A program made the translations under genes and the position numbers. Of a DNA stretch of 64,000 nt, positions 22,391 to 35,878 are shown piece after piece. The notes beneath the pieces were generated by a model. That model saw nothing but the letters and a program-made list of their open reading frames with translations, did not search any database and was not told the origin of the DNA. Numbering within the stretch: position 1 is the first letter of the stretch; every line of letters starts with the position of its first letter. The DNA comes from Camelus ferus. Its lineage: Eukaryota. The stretch is taken from NCBI RefSeq assembly GCF_009834535.1, contig NC_045696.1, forward strand, positions 30,878,001 to 30,942,000, read 5' to 3'.

Positions 22391-25289
22391 AATCAAAGAA
22401 AAAAATATTTGAAATTGCATATTAAAAGCAAAATAAATACCCATGCTAGGGTACAAGCAATATGTTTATTTGTTTAAGCAACTGTCTCAGAAAATGTTTC
22501 AGTTATCTCAATGTATAAGAAGAGAATATATTATTAAAATAATCCTAATTATGCAAATCTTATACTGAATGCATTCCATCTATAGCATACCAAGTAAAAT
22601 TCTCAGACTGCAGCATCTCAAGGCTAAAATTTAGATTTATTTCCTGGTCTTTGCACAGTATCAGTTAAGCATCTAGTTTGCTAAATTTGGTATAGATTTA
22701 ATTTGGCTACTGAATGCCTAATCTAGATTTCTGATCATTTCTTTTCCCATGTGCACTGATCCCTATGGCAATAAATGAATAAAGGATATTTCACTATTTG
22801 AACACCTCTGATTCAAAGCAACTTAATCAACCCTCTTCATTGGAAGATTCTGGACTACAATTACAGCACTAATGTCTAGCTGTCGGTTCTTTTCAGGCCT
22901 GGTACCAGAGAGTAATTGCATCCCACGTATTTTCTTGTGGAAATTGCCTCATGCCTGGAGGTGGCATTTTTTTTTTCTTTTAATCATTTCTTCTGTATGA
23001 TGTAACTGCTAGTCACCCACAGGACATTTCAGCTACAATATTCCAATATGGTTCCCCTCAATCTGGACATCATCTGGGTTAAAAAAAATAATTTATAAGG
23101 ATTCAGCAATGTCAAAAATATATTTAATAGTAAGAAAGTCACAATGTCTTAAAATGTGACCTTTGATATTTGTATGATGTGTTGATTTTTAAGGTTCATT
23201 ACATGCTGGGGAGACTATTTCTGAAATATTCGCAGACAGTACTTTGACAATTATTTTGTCATCTTATGCTTTAAGGACTTTTTGTTGCAATATTCAAATT
23301 AGGTTCTTAATAGTTGACTAAAATATTTATTATACTTTTATAGAAAATAATATTGCCATCAGAGGATTTCTGTAGTTCTGTCAAAACATTCATGTGCCTT
23401 TTATAGAGAATTCAAAACAGTGACAGAAAAGTATAATAAACAGAACATAAAAGTTAATTGTGTATTTATATATTTCAAGTTCATTTCAATGTGAGTTAAT
23501 GATCTAAAATACATAATCATTCATCTAATACTGTGAGCTTTAATATTTACAACTGATCCCTTATAAAGGTCATTAGCCTAATTATATTAAATATAATTTT
23601 ATCCCACTTATCCTCTAAAGCAAAGTTACATATTTACATACATAGATTTTCTAAAGTTTTACTTGTAATAATCCTTTTATCTTCCACTAATGCTGTAAGT
23701 TCCTCCAGCTCATCTTACTTCTTCTGTAAATTCCAAAAGATATATGTATTTGAAAGTGCCATAATCTTTGTCCAAATAGAGCAATATGAAAGTAGTGTAA
23801 AGACGTTACCCAGATTTGGGATGCAAAGAATAATTTGTAAGTTCAGGTCTAACGTCCTGATATAAAATATCACCTCAGTTCTTTCTTGTCTCAAGAATTT
23901 TAAAGTTCTCCAATTAAGTTAGATACAACATCTTTGAGAACTTAACTATAAACCTTCCTTAATTAAAAAAAAAACAATAATTTTGTATTATCTTTTATAC
24001 TTGCCCCAAGAAACAACACATTATAGCATAACCACCCTATCATCAACTAAGCAGAAAAACAACAGGTGGTCAGGACCTGAGTTTTATCTAAGGTGGTTTA
24101 ACACAAGCAGACTTCTGTGATAATTTTGTACTTGAGATCATCATGCACTCCTATCAAAGTCCAAAAGTACTAACGTTTGTCTGCTTCATTGTTACTATAG
24201 CAGGGCCTCACTTCCCCTGCCTCTAGAATGGGTGTCCTAGTAAATCTTTTTGTGTTTGTCTCTCAAATGGTGGGTTGTTGGGGTCCTTTTGGTAATGTCA
24301 CAGGTCCTCCAATCTCCTGACAACATTGAGTTTCCATTACTGAAGGCCCATGGAGTTACAAATGTAATTGCTACTAAGCAGTGGGTCATAGACATGAAAT
24401 CATTTGTACTGTTCTTACCTGCACTCTATGCTTTAAAATTCTTCATGACATTTGTGGGAGATTCCATACATTTATACTTACTTTGTATTATAAAAATATC
24501 ATAAACTGCTGCTTGAAATTCTTACTCTGAATTTTAGTAACAGTTGCCTTCCTTCATGCTATAAAATTTGGGGAATTTAATCAGGCTCTGATTCTTTTTC
24601 TTTTCTAGATCTGGTTCTTCCAGTGTTAGAATTAGCGAAAAGAAGAGAAAAAAGGACACATAACTCTTTCCTCAAGTTTCTGCCGTGGTGGTTCCCCCAT
24701 CTATGACTATTCACTATTTTCATAGCCAGTGCCAGCAGTCAGTGCTGTCTATGACAGTGTCCCAGAGGGGCTGCCTTCTCATGTGGATCATAACATTTAT
24801 GTACTCTGATATGCAGACAAGCCTCAAGTTCAAAATTGTTCACAATTTTTTCCATTTGTCTTTCCCTATTATGAGGGATCCCTTTTTCACCCTGGTGAAA
24901 TAAAAGGAGGATAATTTAAATCCCAGTATTTTCTGAAATAATATTGTAATTCTTAGAAAACTTGCATGTCTTTACTTTAGATGGTGAGTGTGCAGTTTGC
25001 TCCATCATTACACTCTCATTTCTCCACCATAACATCTCCCCAAGTTTGCTTTTCACTTGCTCAGTAGGTATGGGAAGACATCAGTAAGCCCACTGACAAT
25101 GCAAACATTAACTAGGGCTCATTAACTGGGGTTTAGGGACTACTTTCTCTTTAGGCAAGCTCTCCAAGTATTTTTCAGTAACTCTCTTGGAAGCTTTTCC
25201 CACTGGACTTCAGGCATTAAACTATAATATCCTTCCTCTTTGTAACAGTCACAACCATTTATTCCCATAAAGCCCAAATAGGCCTAATT

Positions 25290-25590
25290 TAATAAATACT
25301 CAATTCTTCTCTAATCCTACACTCAGCAGAATTTGACACTATTGAAAACTTCCATGTGTTTGTGTTTTGTTGGCTCCTGATATGCCATGATTTCTTGAGT
25401 TTCCTCCCAAACCTTTGGCCACTTACTGTCAGTTTCTTTCAAGTCTCCCGTTTCCTGTTTCTATCCTCTTATATCTTCGTGTCATTTCAGGATTTCTTCA
25501 AGGTCATATTCCCCTTTATTCTACTTGCCACCTATCCCTGGGCAATCTCACCTACAGCCATATTTTCAATGACCATGTACATTTTGACCA
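25290..25590 (+). mobile_element. L2 fragment
   Basis: ctcagcagaatttgacactattga plus the pyrimidine-rich L2 ORF2 text that follows. Confidence 0.6.
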
Positions 25591-25614
25591 ATTACTTTTT
25601 TTTTTCCTTTTGCT

Positions 25615-26030
25615 CTGTAAAAGGATTATACAGCCTTACTCACTATCATGGAATTCGAAGGTTCTTTCCGAGGAAGAGTAATTCCTTGCTTATTGAATTT
25701 ATGCTTGGCCATGGACTTTCTCTGGACAATGAAGCATAAGTGGAAGGGGCTAACCAGAAGCTTCAAGAATATCACAAAATTCCACCAGCACTATTGCACT
25801 TTTCCTTCTTCTACAAATTGACTGTCCTAAATGTGGGCTGCAATTTCAGCCTAGATCATATATTGAAGAAAACACACGGACGTACCTGCAGATGATCTGC
25901 AGCCTGATCCTAAGCCACAATTTAGAGGTCAACAACCAGACCACAGTTGAATATAAAGGTGAGGTTTACGTGTATCTTTGCTGTTACCCCTAAGGATATT
26001 GTTGCATGGTACTATGGCAGGATTAACTGT
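25615..26030 (+). mobile_element. Old MaLR LTR (MLT1I/J-like) nested in L2
   Basis: cttggccatggactttctctggacaatgaa; gggctgcaatttcagcctag; ctttgctgttacccctaagg. Confidence 0.55.
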
Positions 26031-26149
26031 CAGTCCATGAATATATTGCAAACAACTAAATACATAATCTGTGCCCAGGATTGACCTGAATCTCTCCAGC
26101 CCATCCACTACAGCATCACAGAGGATTATTCAAAAATATGATTTCATCT

Positions 26150-26375
26150 TACAATATACTGTTTTGGATAAAATATATGAAGGAAATCCAGCCTTACACA
26201 ATGATTAGGTTGAAAGGAAAACAAGTTTAAATAGACTATTCATGAATATTCTCCTTTGATATTACATTCAAACTCAAAAAGTGGTTGTTTCTTGAAGATT
26301 AGTTGTAATATGGAATCTAACTATACCAATAACTTTTGCATTCTGTTATAGTACAATTTATTGATTTATCTTAAA
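26150..26375. mobile_element. Charlie1-like hAT DNA transposon fragment
   Basis: gaaatccagccttacaca...ctttgatattacattcaaactc...gtttcttgaagattagttgtaatatggaatct matches recalled Charlie1a text. Confidence 0.7.
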
Positions 26376-26549
26376 AAATATGATTTCAACGTTGTGGCCT
26401 CCAGTTTAACATAAACAAGCAAGCACACAAGAAAATGTGTGTCATGCTTTCTTATGAACCTAACACTAAAGGGAAAATTTGCATGTAATAAAAATATGAT
26501 TAATTAGTTCTGCAATATCATCTCTGAGTCTCTCTTTTCTCAAACTTTG

Positions 26550-26940
26550 TAAATTAGAATGGACTTACTTCTAATGCTTTCTCTAGACTCCAAGACCTCT
26601 GCATTAATTATTCCTCTTAGGTCATTCCTTAGCAGTTCTTTGGCTGGTTAATTCACATTCATCTTCCAAGTTTTAGTTTTTATTATCCTTTATCTCAAGT
26701 GCCCTCTATACCTCTCCTTCATCTTCCCTCAACTCCATGGGGACACCTCCACCTTAAAACTCTGTGATAGCCTTTTTCAGTTTTATGTACTTAACTTTTT
26801 TTTATACTTAGATTGTCAACTTTGTGGATATAGATAAGAAAAAATGTCTTGTTTACTTATATGGTTTTGTTTGTCTTATACAGAGTCTGATACCTACTTG
26901 GATCTCAGTACTCATTGAAGAAAAAATACATGAATAAATG
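26550..26940 (+). mobile_element. L2 3' end
   Basis: ttagattgtcaactttgtgg...cagagtctgatacctacttggatctcagtact...atgaataaatg. Confidence 0.55.
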
Positions 26941-29763
26941 TCCTCTTCTCATAGCTTCCAATGTAACTATTCTCTATCATCTAAATCAAACAATTGGTGA
27001 CATTTCCTGAGTCCTCTCAAGCTTTTTCTTCTTTTCCTTCACATTATAAACAGTCAAGAATTTACATCCATCTGAATTCAAGCTAAAATTTCATGAATAT
27101 ACAATGGTTAATTAAAATAATAGAAGTGGGAATAACTAATAAATCCATTATGATTTTTAGGACAGCAAAACCATGCATCTACCAAGTGATTGATAAAGTT
27201 TTGTAAGCTGTTAATTGTTATTTTAACCACAATTCACCTTGATCAACTAAGACTGGAAAACATTACCTTAAGTAAAAATAAAAAGAAGTTTATCTATATC
27301 TACTTATATAGAGAGACATATATAGCTATTACAGGCCTTTAATGTAAAATAGTTTCCAAATTTTGATCATAAATTCCCATGTGTGTGTGGTTAATTTTAT
27401 AGGACTGAAGTAGTATACAATCTTCAAAAAGTACAACAGCAATTCCTCTCTTATTCTTACTCCTGCACACTGCTGCTTATATCAAGAACTGGGGACTCTT
27501 CCTACTATTCTTACGTCTGGGGCCACCACAACTTGCTTTAGGTAGTAAACTTATTTTGCTGCAATCATCTGGGACTTTTGTGTGTAGGTCTTACGAGGAT
27601 TGGAAGCTTCCGATTCTTTTCTCCTAAATCCTGGCTGCAATGCTGTAAGAAAGTCCAGGCCAGACTACTGAATGTGGTCTCAATCGCCATCAAAGCAAAA
27701 ATTATTTTATTTTCTACAAATGAGGGGAAACTTGCAGAAAGTAGTCAGTGTTGCTTATTTCTTTTTCTTTTTGTTTTTCCTCTCTCAAAATATATTTTCT
27801 ATTCCAGTTATGACATTTAAGTTATTTTGAGTAAGGAATGTATAGCATATACTATCTTCAATAATCATCCATTAATGAATATTATCTGGCATGCCTTTGG
27901 GTTGCCTGAAAAAAAATTTGATAAAATATTGGTTAAGTCCTCACTACCCAAGGGAATGAGAAAACAGATTAGGGAAGTGAAAGTAACAGATGCATGTGAA
28001 ACCACTTGGAGAGCCAAGCTAAAGACCCATTGAGTCCGGTTCTAATAAAAATAAAAGTACAGGGTTTTTATCATTATATTAATTCTTATACTATGAACTG
28101 TCAGAATTACATGAAGCAAAATAGTAAGTTCAAGAAAAATGCATATAATCGATTATATGCAATCTTCTTATATGCAAGAGACCATATTTGTTTTACTTGC
28201 TTTTTTTTTTTTTTTGTATAACACTAGGTCAGTATAAGCCAGAGAATGGAATGTTCAGATTTTATACACTTTTAATTCAGTTTGTGGCTCTTAATAATAC
28301 ACAAACCCCATAACTTCTAATAATTTGAATATAAAGATACAAGTGTGTATAACTCATATAATCATCTTATGAGTATTGTATCTATTAAGCATGTTATATC
28401 AACATTGTATCTGCTATGATGAATTAGGGCCACTTGAATCAAGATCAGCTAGTATTTCTGCTAAGATTTAACACATAGGAAATTATGAAGGAGAATCATC
28501 CTCCTGATCTTTTGTCCAAAGGAATCTCTAACTCCTATCAACAGCGAGAAGGGGAATAATTAGACTTACTCATTTACAAAGTCATAAACTTGTTAGCATC
28601 TATAATAAAATTTCAGAAAATGCAAAATATAAAACAATGTTGTCAGAAACACAGTTATTAAAAATGAAAATATCTGGGGTGTGTCAAGCAACCTGCTTTG
28701 ATAATGAACATCACCATTAATTCATATGCACTTTGACTCTGTAGCCTTCCAGGAATTACAATGACTCTCTAGAAAGTGGCTGAGAAGGGACATTTCCATA
28801 ATATGAAAATTTCTCTGTAAATTTTATTTAGAAATATCTTTAAAAAACTCTTCAAATCATCTGCTTTACTTTCTACGGCAACCTTTGCTATTTAATAAAA
28901 TCTATGTTATTTTTAAACTAAATTTTGGGAAACAATTAAATTTAATTTTCACAAAGTTCATTGGTATGAAGTCTTGTTTTTAAAGAAAATTATTGTAAAT
29001 TACTTGTATCTTTGTTAGTAAGTGGTATACTCATATGTTATAACCAAATTTACATGCTTAGTAGGTGGAAAAGTTTGCTATGAAATTATTGGCAGCAAGG
29101 AGATATTACATGTTCTTGAGCTGAAGAATAATGTAAATGTCTGTATAGTGTTTGCATAAAACAAGTTTTGTATTTGTGTGAAGTAACTATTGTAACAAAA
29201 TCTTCGAGGCAAGGACCACTACCACACACACATAAAGGAAAAAAACAAAACAAAACAAAAATACTGCTCTAATAATTCAACATTAGGTATAATGATAAAC
29301 CCATTCAATGACTATAAAAAGAAAAATCAAAGAAATAAAAAAGGCCAGGGGGAAAGTATTACTCAGTGACCAGAGAAATCAAGGATTTAGCAAAACATGA
29401 GTGATCTGAAGATAATAAACTTATGCAGCTGGAGTAGATCTGAAGAGATCTTCATAATGGAAGGAAGATCTATTTTTCAATGTTATTCTATAATCTTTTG
29501 ACTCAGTCTTTTCTAAGATTAAGAGAATTACTCTTAGCTATTCTTTTGCTTGACTCAAACTGTAATCCACTCAAGAAAGGTAGTTTCACACTTTTGGAGT
29601 TTGAATGATAAGAAATGGGCTTAGAAAATCAAAAGGTAAAAAGTGGAATATGATTTGTAATATTAAGCTTACCTTACAATAGTGAAGTTTTAAAGTATTC
29701 AAAATGTTAAAATTACTTTAAAACATATAAACTGTCCATACATAATTGAGTAAATATTCTCAC

Positions 29764-29835
29764 CTAGGTATTTGTGTTGGAAGTGTGGGATCCATTTGAT
29801 TACAGTTTGATATTTTAAGCATATATACAGGAATA
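29764..29835 (-). other. Candidate 72-nt internal exon
   Basis: Minus-strand atttttatatcttgcag| acceptor and TAG|gtgaga donor; two of three frames open; no homology recognised. Confidence 0.15.
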
Positions 29836-32149
29836 CTGCAAGATATAAAAATCATCTAGATTCCAGTAATGGTATATTTACATTATTTTCTTTCCTAATG
29901 GTTAAGCATTTAAAATTTAAAGCCAGGAATTGAAAGCCTGTAATTGTGGCAGAACCCCAAATTTCACCTTCAACAAACATGACGACAATGCTAAATTGTA
30001 GATCCCAGCTCCTTTGTAATATATAAATATAGTCCTTTACAAAATTTTTATAGAAATAATAAGGTAATTTCTTCATGGAACACCACCAAAATGAATTTAC
30101 ACGATAGGGAGGATCTTTTGTTTACTGGAGGAATTTCATGGTCTATAGACTTGTGATATTAAGCTATTACCATATTCTTTTAATGGTTTCTCAGATAAGA
30201 CTTTGTACGGTAAATATTGTACTTTTCACATTTTTATGTTATAGATTAAAAAAACATGAAAATTGTCTTATATGTTCTCTTCAAGGGTTTAAAACATTTC
30301 TTTAATTTTTTTCACAAGTCTTCTGGGAGGTAAAGCAGCTTATTCAAGGCTTTGAAATTATTCACACAAGTCATTTATTGCTTTATTTGCTAAAGAATGC
30401 TAAAATTCTTTCCCTTTCTCTTTTGATTGCTTCTTTTCCTTCTTTTTTGATTATTCCCTTGTTGGACAATTTTTCATGCTGCTAAGAAATATAAGGCTAT
30501 TTTTATCACAGAAGAATATGCATAATGATACAAAACATATTTCAATTTATTTAGCCTTTTCTGGGATAAAGTCCAATCACAGCTTTTAAAGTATGCCCTA
30601 GTTGATACCATGCCTGCACTGAACTTTCAAGATATGTTTTAAGGTAAAGAGCCATTTAGGGAGTGTGTCTTGGTATGAGCTGATTTTAAGGAACTGTTTT
30701 AGTTACTATTTTCTTTTGCCAATTAGTCTTCACTGTATAATCCGTGTGTATATATAAACAGCGTACATTTAAAAAACACATTAGGCAAATAAGCATTTAG
30801 CAAATAAAACTTTTTTCATCAGTGCTTATAGTCACTGTAATTGCTCACTATATTTAGATGACAAAATAAACTGACTATTGATGTAAACTTCATTATTTTT
30901 CCTATTTGCAATGTACAATGAATCATTTATTCACTTTATTAAATAACATTTTTCTACTGTATTTATGGATGTTTACATTCAATAAAATTTAGATGTAACA
31001 AATTTTCTAATTTAATAATGGAACTTGAGTACTTTATGCTAACCACATATATACCAATATTTATAAGGACATGTCCTCAAAACAAGCAAATACTAGTCCA
31101 GGGATTTATAGGAATTACCTTTTGGTTCTGGGTGTTTCTCTTTCAGGCTGCATTAAGTCTTACCCTTACTCTAATGCAGTCATTTTTTGGTCATTTATCT
31201 CCCTTTGATCATATTTTTCCCTATGGTAAAAAAGTTGCATTGCTTCTATTTATTTGCAAGTCTATCCATTTTTAGTGGATGATTCTTAGTAAAACATAAT
31301 TAATCTTCTATTCATAGGACTTTAAAAATGTTCTCTTTACTCTGAATCCCATCTTATTTTTAGTAAAGCAAAAGAATAACAAAAATTTAGCTATTTCTAT
31401 ATTGGAAAAATAAAAATGCATTTTTATTTATAAATAAGTAACGTTACTTGCAATTTGGAGTTCAGAAAAAAAAATCTGTATATATTTATGTGTTCTTCAT
31501 TTAATTAGGATAATACATTTTATGACTTTGTTTCTAGAAGAAACCTTTAATTAATCATTTTGAAAACACATACCTAGGTAGTTAACAGCCTGGAGTGAGG
31601 GGGGAGAGGAGAGAAAATGGTAGGGTACTCTTTTAGTGGTAATCTATTAATTCTAAATTAAATATATTAAATAAACTAGATTAATTTATCCCTTAACATT
31701 TTAATAAATAACACTATTTCAATTTTACCAACTTTAAAAAACTCATGCTGCCTCACCCCAAAATTAAATAATTATCCTACAACAGGAAAGTTCTTCTACT
31801 AATGGTTCTGCTCTTATCTCATTGCTTAGATATAAGTTGTAAAACCTTATTTCTCTAGAAGCTGATGTACATCACCTGCAGCAGGTACTTTCAGGTTCAG
31901 GTATCTGCTAAATCTGCCAGATACAACAAACACCTGATTAATCCTTTGATTTCAAACTTGCTCATAAATAATATGACTGCAATATGACTGCACTTGAAGA
32001 AATTCTATAATTATTATGACATCATCTCTATTACAGGATTTATTTGATATCAGGCAAAGAAAAGATAAACCAGGATGTAAGATTCCAGGCTATGATCACT
32101 GTAGTACCTCCATTTCCCTCCAGATCCCTTGTCATGATAGCCCAGAGCT

Positions 32150-32270
32150 GTACGTGCTTCACAGTTTACATGGCACCAGCACAAATCATCTTATTTGATG
32201 GTCAAAGCCATTTAATGAGGTCGACTTATGAGTGTCCAGATTTCCAGATTAGGCTTCCAATACTAACAGT
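32150..32270 (-). mobile_element. MIR fragment
   Basis: ttcacagtttacatggcacc...atcttatttgat...atgaggt...tccagatt resembles antisense MIR core. Confidence 0.5.
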
Positions 32271-32959
32271 TTAAATCTATGTGAGCCTATTCCTTATGAT
32301 TCTTATACTGCAGATAATTCCTGTTGTACATCATTTTTTTTTAAACTTAGCCTAGTAAAATCATGTGTGCTGTAGAATAATGATAGCCTTATCAGTATAA
32401 GGACAAAAGTGTCAGAAAACCTTCATTTTATTTAAATCTTGGTTTGGTTTTGTTATTGTTTTTCATGAGGTTCTGGTATTTTCTTAACCATTCTTTCTCC
32501 TGGTCTGGCCAGTAATGTTGGAAATCACTGATATTAAGTAAACAAAACCAAATCAATTTTCTTAAAATTTTGTTAACCACTGACCTTTGATCATTAAGAA
32601 AATTAAAGAAATTAAAATTTTCTAAAAGCCCGATCAACTGTTGGCAAAGGAGAAAGGGAGAGATAGTAAGCTATGCCAAATCGTTAATATCAATATTTTG
32701 TTCTCTAAAAGACTATACACATTTCAATTTCTGATCCTAATTAATGCTTACTCTCTAGCATTTTTGCTAATCAGTTCACTCAGCTCATATATATTCAGTG
32801 ATTTTATTATAAATATAGTATCAGTTACTTCCACATAGCTGTCAAACAATATCAAAAGCCTAATGAAATAAACCAACAAGAGAAGCCAAGCACGAGTATG
32901 CACTCCAACATAAAATTAAAGCAGTTACAGCTCTGTCCTTATAAAACTTAAAATCTATG

Positions 32960-33025
32960 TCTTACTACTCAGTATTGTTCCGAGACCAGATTTACAGCAT
33001 TACCTGGGAATTAGAAATGTAGAAT
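32960..33025. mobile_element. MER5A-like hAT fragment, left part; continues at ~33924-33955 after an insertion
   Basis: tactcagtattgttccgagaccag...cagcattacctgggaattagaaatgtagaatct, then ccagccctaccctag after the insertion. Confidence 0.6.
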
Positions 33026-33441
33026 CTTCAGCATGGAGAGATGAGACTTGGAAGGGAAGCAGTTTTGTTAGTAAGATTACCAAGATTGGCTAAGATGGAG
33101 TAGAAAGACCGCGAGCTCACCTCCTATCACTAGCAAACCAAAATCACAACTATTTGCAGAACAACCATCGATGAAAATGATCGAAACCTACCAGAAAAGA
33201 TCTTTTACGACTAAAGACATAAAGAAGGAATCACAGAAAATAGGTAAGGACAGACTCATGATATAGTCAAGCCCCATAACCCCTGGTGGGTGACCCACAA
33301 ATGAGAATAATTATACTGCAGAGTTTCTCTCACAGGAGTGAGAGTTCTTCACCCCATGCTGCTGGGTTCCCCAGCCCAGGCAGGAGGCATCCTGCACTGG
33401 GAAGACAAGCCCCCAGAGCATTTGACTGTGAAGGCCAGTGG

Positions 33442-33503
<62 letters not shown>

Positions 33504-33923
33504 GGAATACTACACAGCCATTAAAAAGAATGAAATGTTGCCATTTGCAGCAACACAGATGGGCTTGAAAGGTACTATGCTAAGTAAAATAAATCATGCA
33601 AAGTAAGACAAATACAAGTGTGATATCACTTATATGTGGATTTTTAAATTACAACAAACTAGTGAAGGTAACAAAAAAAAGAGGCAGACACAGATATAGA
33701 GGACAAACTAGCAGATGCCAGTGGGGAGATGGAAGTGGGAAGGGATAATATAGGGTTAGGGGATTAAGAGGTATGAACTATTATGTATAAAATAAGCTAC
33801 AAGGATATATTGTATAACATAGGGAATATAGTCAGTATTTCATAACTATAAATTGAGTACAACCTTTAAAAATTATACATTCATAATTATGCATTTTATG
33901 CCAACTATATTTCGATTAAAAAA
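33026..33923 (+). mobile_element. TSD-flanked L1-derived element: ~55-60 bp leader + L1 5'UTR start + (CA)n + L1 3' end
   Basis: TSD TAGAAATGTAGAAT at 33012-33025 and 33924-33937; L1 5'UTR from ~33085 (aagatggagtagaaagaccgcgagctcacctcct) to 33441; L1 3' portion from 33501 (aatggaatactacacagccattaaaaagaatgaaat) to a short A-tail. Confidence 0.88.
33446..33500. repeat. (CA)n microsatellite at the junction of the L1-derived element
   Basis: Directly visible; one TA interruption. Confidence 0.98.
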
Positions 33924-34349
33924 TAGAAATGTAGAATATCCAGCCCTACCCTAGTTAATTAACATACTTATTAAAGTTTAAATTGGCAGACACTGAATTT
34001 TACATGATCACATTCAAAAAGGTAAGCTTGTGCATTTCCTAGTTATTTCCAAGTATCTATTCAACAAAATGGTTACCATTTCTATGTATTTTTAAATTAA
34101 GTCTCCTACCAAGTATGCTCATTACCAAATACACTGAGGAGTATACACCACAAAGCACACTATCCTCTCTTAACCTTCCCAAGGTGGGGTGTGGGGTGAA
34201 AAACAGTATTAGAAAAATTGTAACTTAGGAGTACTAAGAAAACAGATTAAAAAATCATAAGAAAAAAGTCAAAGTTAAACTTTTTGCAGTGTTTCTGGTA
34301 AGAAGGAGTTTTAAGCCAACACCTTAATAATGATTATCCAGAGATATCG

Positions 34350-34520
34350 CTAAAGAGCACAAGATCTTACTGACACTCAGGCCTGACATTATTTAGCCTT
34401 TCTGACTGGCTGGTGATTCTTAACAAATGACTGATCTCTGGAGTTACCCCTTTAGTAAACTGAAGACAACAATGATTTTGTTAAGGATTTTGGGAAGATA
34501 AGTCATGTGCAGAAATCATG
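34350..34520 (+). mobile_element. Degenerate MIR
   Basis: aaagagcacaagatctt...actggctggtgattcttaacaaatgactgatctctggagtt...ttgttaaggatt. Confidence 0.45.
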
Positions 34521-35188
34521 TGGTCTGTAACAGAAGCTTGATCACTGAAAATCATACACTGTGTGATACACGTTGATTAAAGAGTACAAAATCCTGTGGT
34601 GTGTTTTATACATTACTCAATAGATACCTTCCCCAAACTTAGAAACTAATATTGTTCATATATTTTTTAAAAAGGGATTTACTTAAAACCCTTTAATTTC
34701 ATCTCTTTCTATGATTGTTATTGCAACATACCAGCATGTGTTAGTCATAGAATGAGGAATAAGACAGCGTTAAACATCAATGTCAAAGTTTAATTCTATT
34801 ATAATATGAACTCCATAAGGACAAGGACTTGGTCAGTCTTTCCCAGGACATGAGAAATTATTTGTTTACCTGTTGCATTTGGTTTGAAGAAAACTGCTTC
34901 TTCTACCCAACCACCTTTCCAAATATATCTTCCATTCTCACATCATTCACTGTACTCTAGCTAGACTGGGCTTTTTGTTATTTCATGAAGCATGTTACCC
35001 ACTGCAAGTAAGAACACAGGAACGTGTATATAATGAGCTTTTGACCATTAGCAGATTTCCAGGGCCTTACGATTTAACCATGTTTTGGGATCTATAATAA
35101 AAGATTACCGTATCAAAAAGGCGTTTCCTGAATAGCCTAGTAAAGGAAATCCTCTGAAAAGTTCAATCACTGTCAATTTCACAATCAC

Positions 35189-35540
35189 TGTGACAACTCT
35201 TGATTTGTCAACTTGGATAGGCTTTATTCCCCATTTACTCAAACACAAATCTAGGTGTCGCTGTGAAGGGACTTTTCAGATGTAATTAAAACCCCTAATG
35301 AGTTGAATTTAAGTAAGAGATTATCCAAAATAATCTGAGTGGACCTGGCTTAATCAGTTGGAAGGCATTAAAAGTACAGTGGAGGCTACCCTGAGAGACA
35401 AAAATTTCTGTATACAACAGCTTCAGCTCATGACTGTGGAGTCTGGACCTGCCTGCGATCTCTGACTACTTGACCTACAGATTTCAGACTTGCTTAGCCA
35501 GGCCCCACAATTATATAAGCCAATCCTTGTAATTATTAAA
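35189..35540 (+). mobile_element. ERVL LTR, MLT2D-like
   Basis: tgtga...tgtcaacttggatagg; aatctaggtgtcgctgtgaagg; taatcagttggaagg; gacctacagatttcagacttgcttagccag. Confidence 0.85.
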
Positions 35541-35878
35541 ATTTATGGATTATAGACATATTTTCTACATAGCTGGGACACTATTTAAGGTCATAGTATA
35601 AATGTTTAACTATTAAATATAGAATAGCTCCCCAATAAAGAACTGTACATGCTCATATATACATGTACACACACAGGCACATATAATATCTATACAGATA
35701 CATATAGCTTATATGTAGTTTATCATTTTTTTTGGCCAAAAGTTGATTGATATCATAACAGGGCAAGATTAACTTTTTTTTCACTACTGTCTTTCTTCTA
35801 TAGCCAATTACAAGATCCATGTAGTGAGAAACCATATCTTTCTCTTCCCTTACCAAATATTTATCTCTACCACTTAAT

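Noticed and set aside
22897..22960. Plus-strand exon-like segment (AWYQRVIASHVFSCGNCLMPG)
   Set aside because: Weak donor (gtggca), an intervening AG after the branch-like motif, and no recognised homology.
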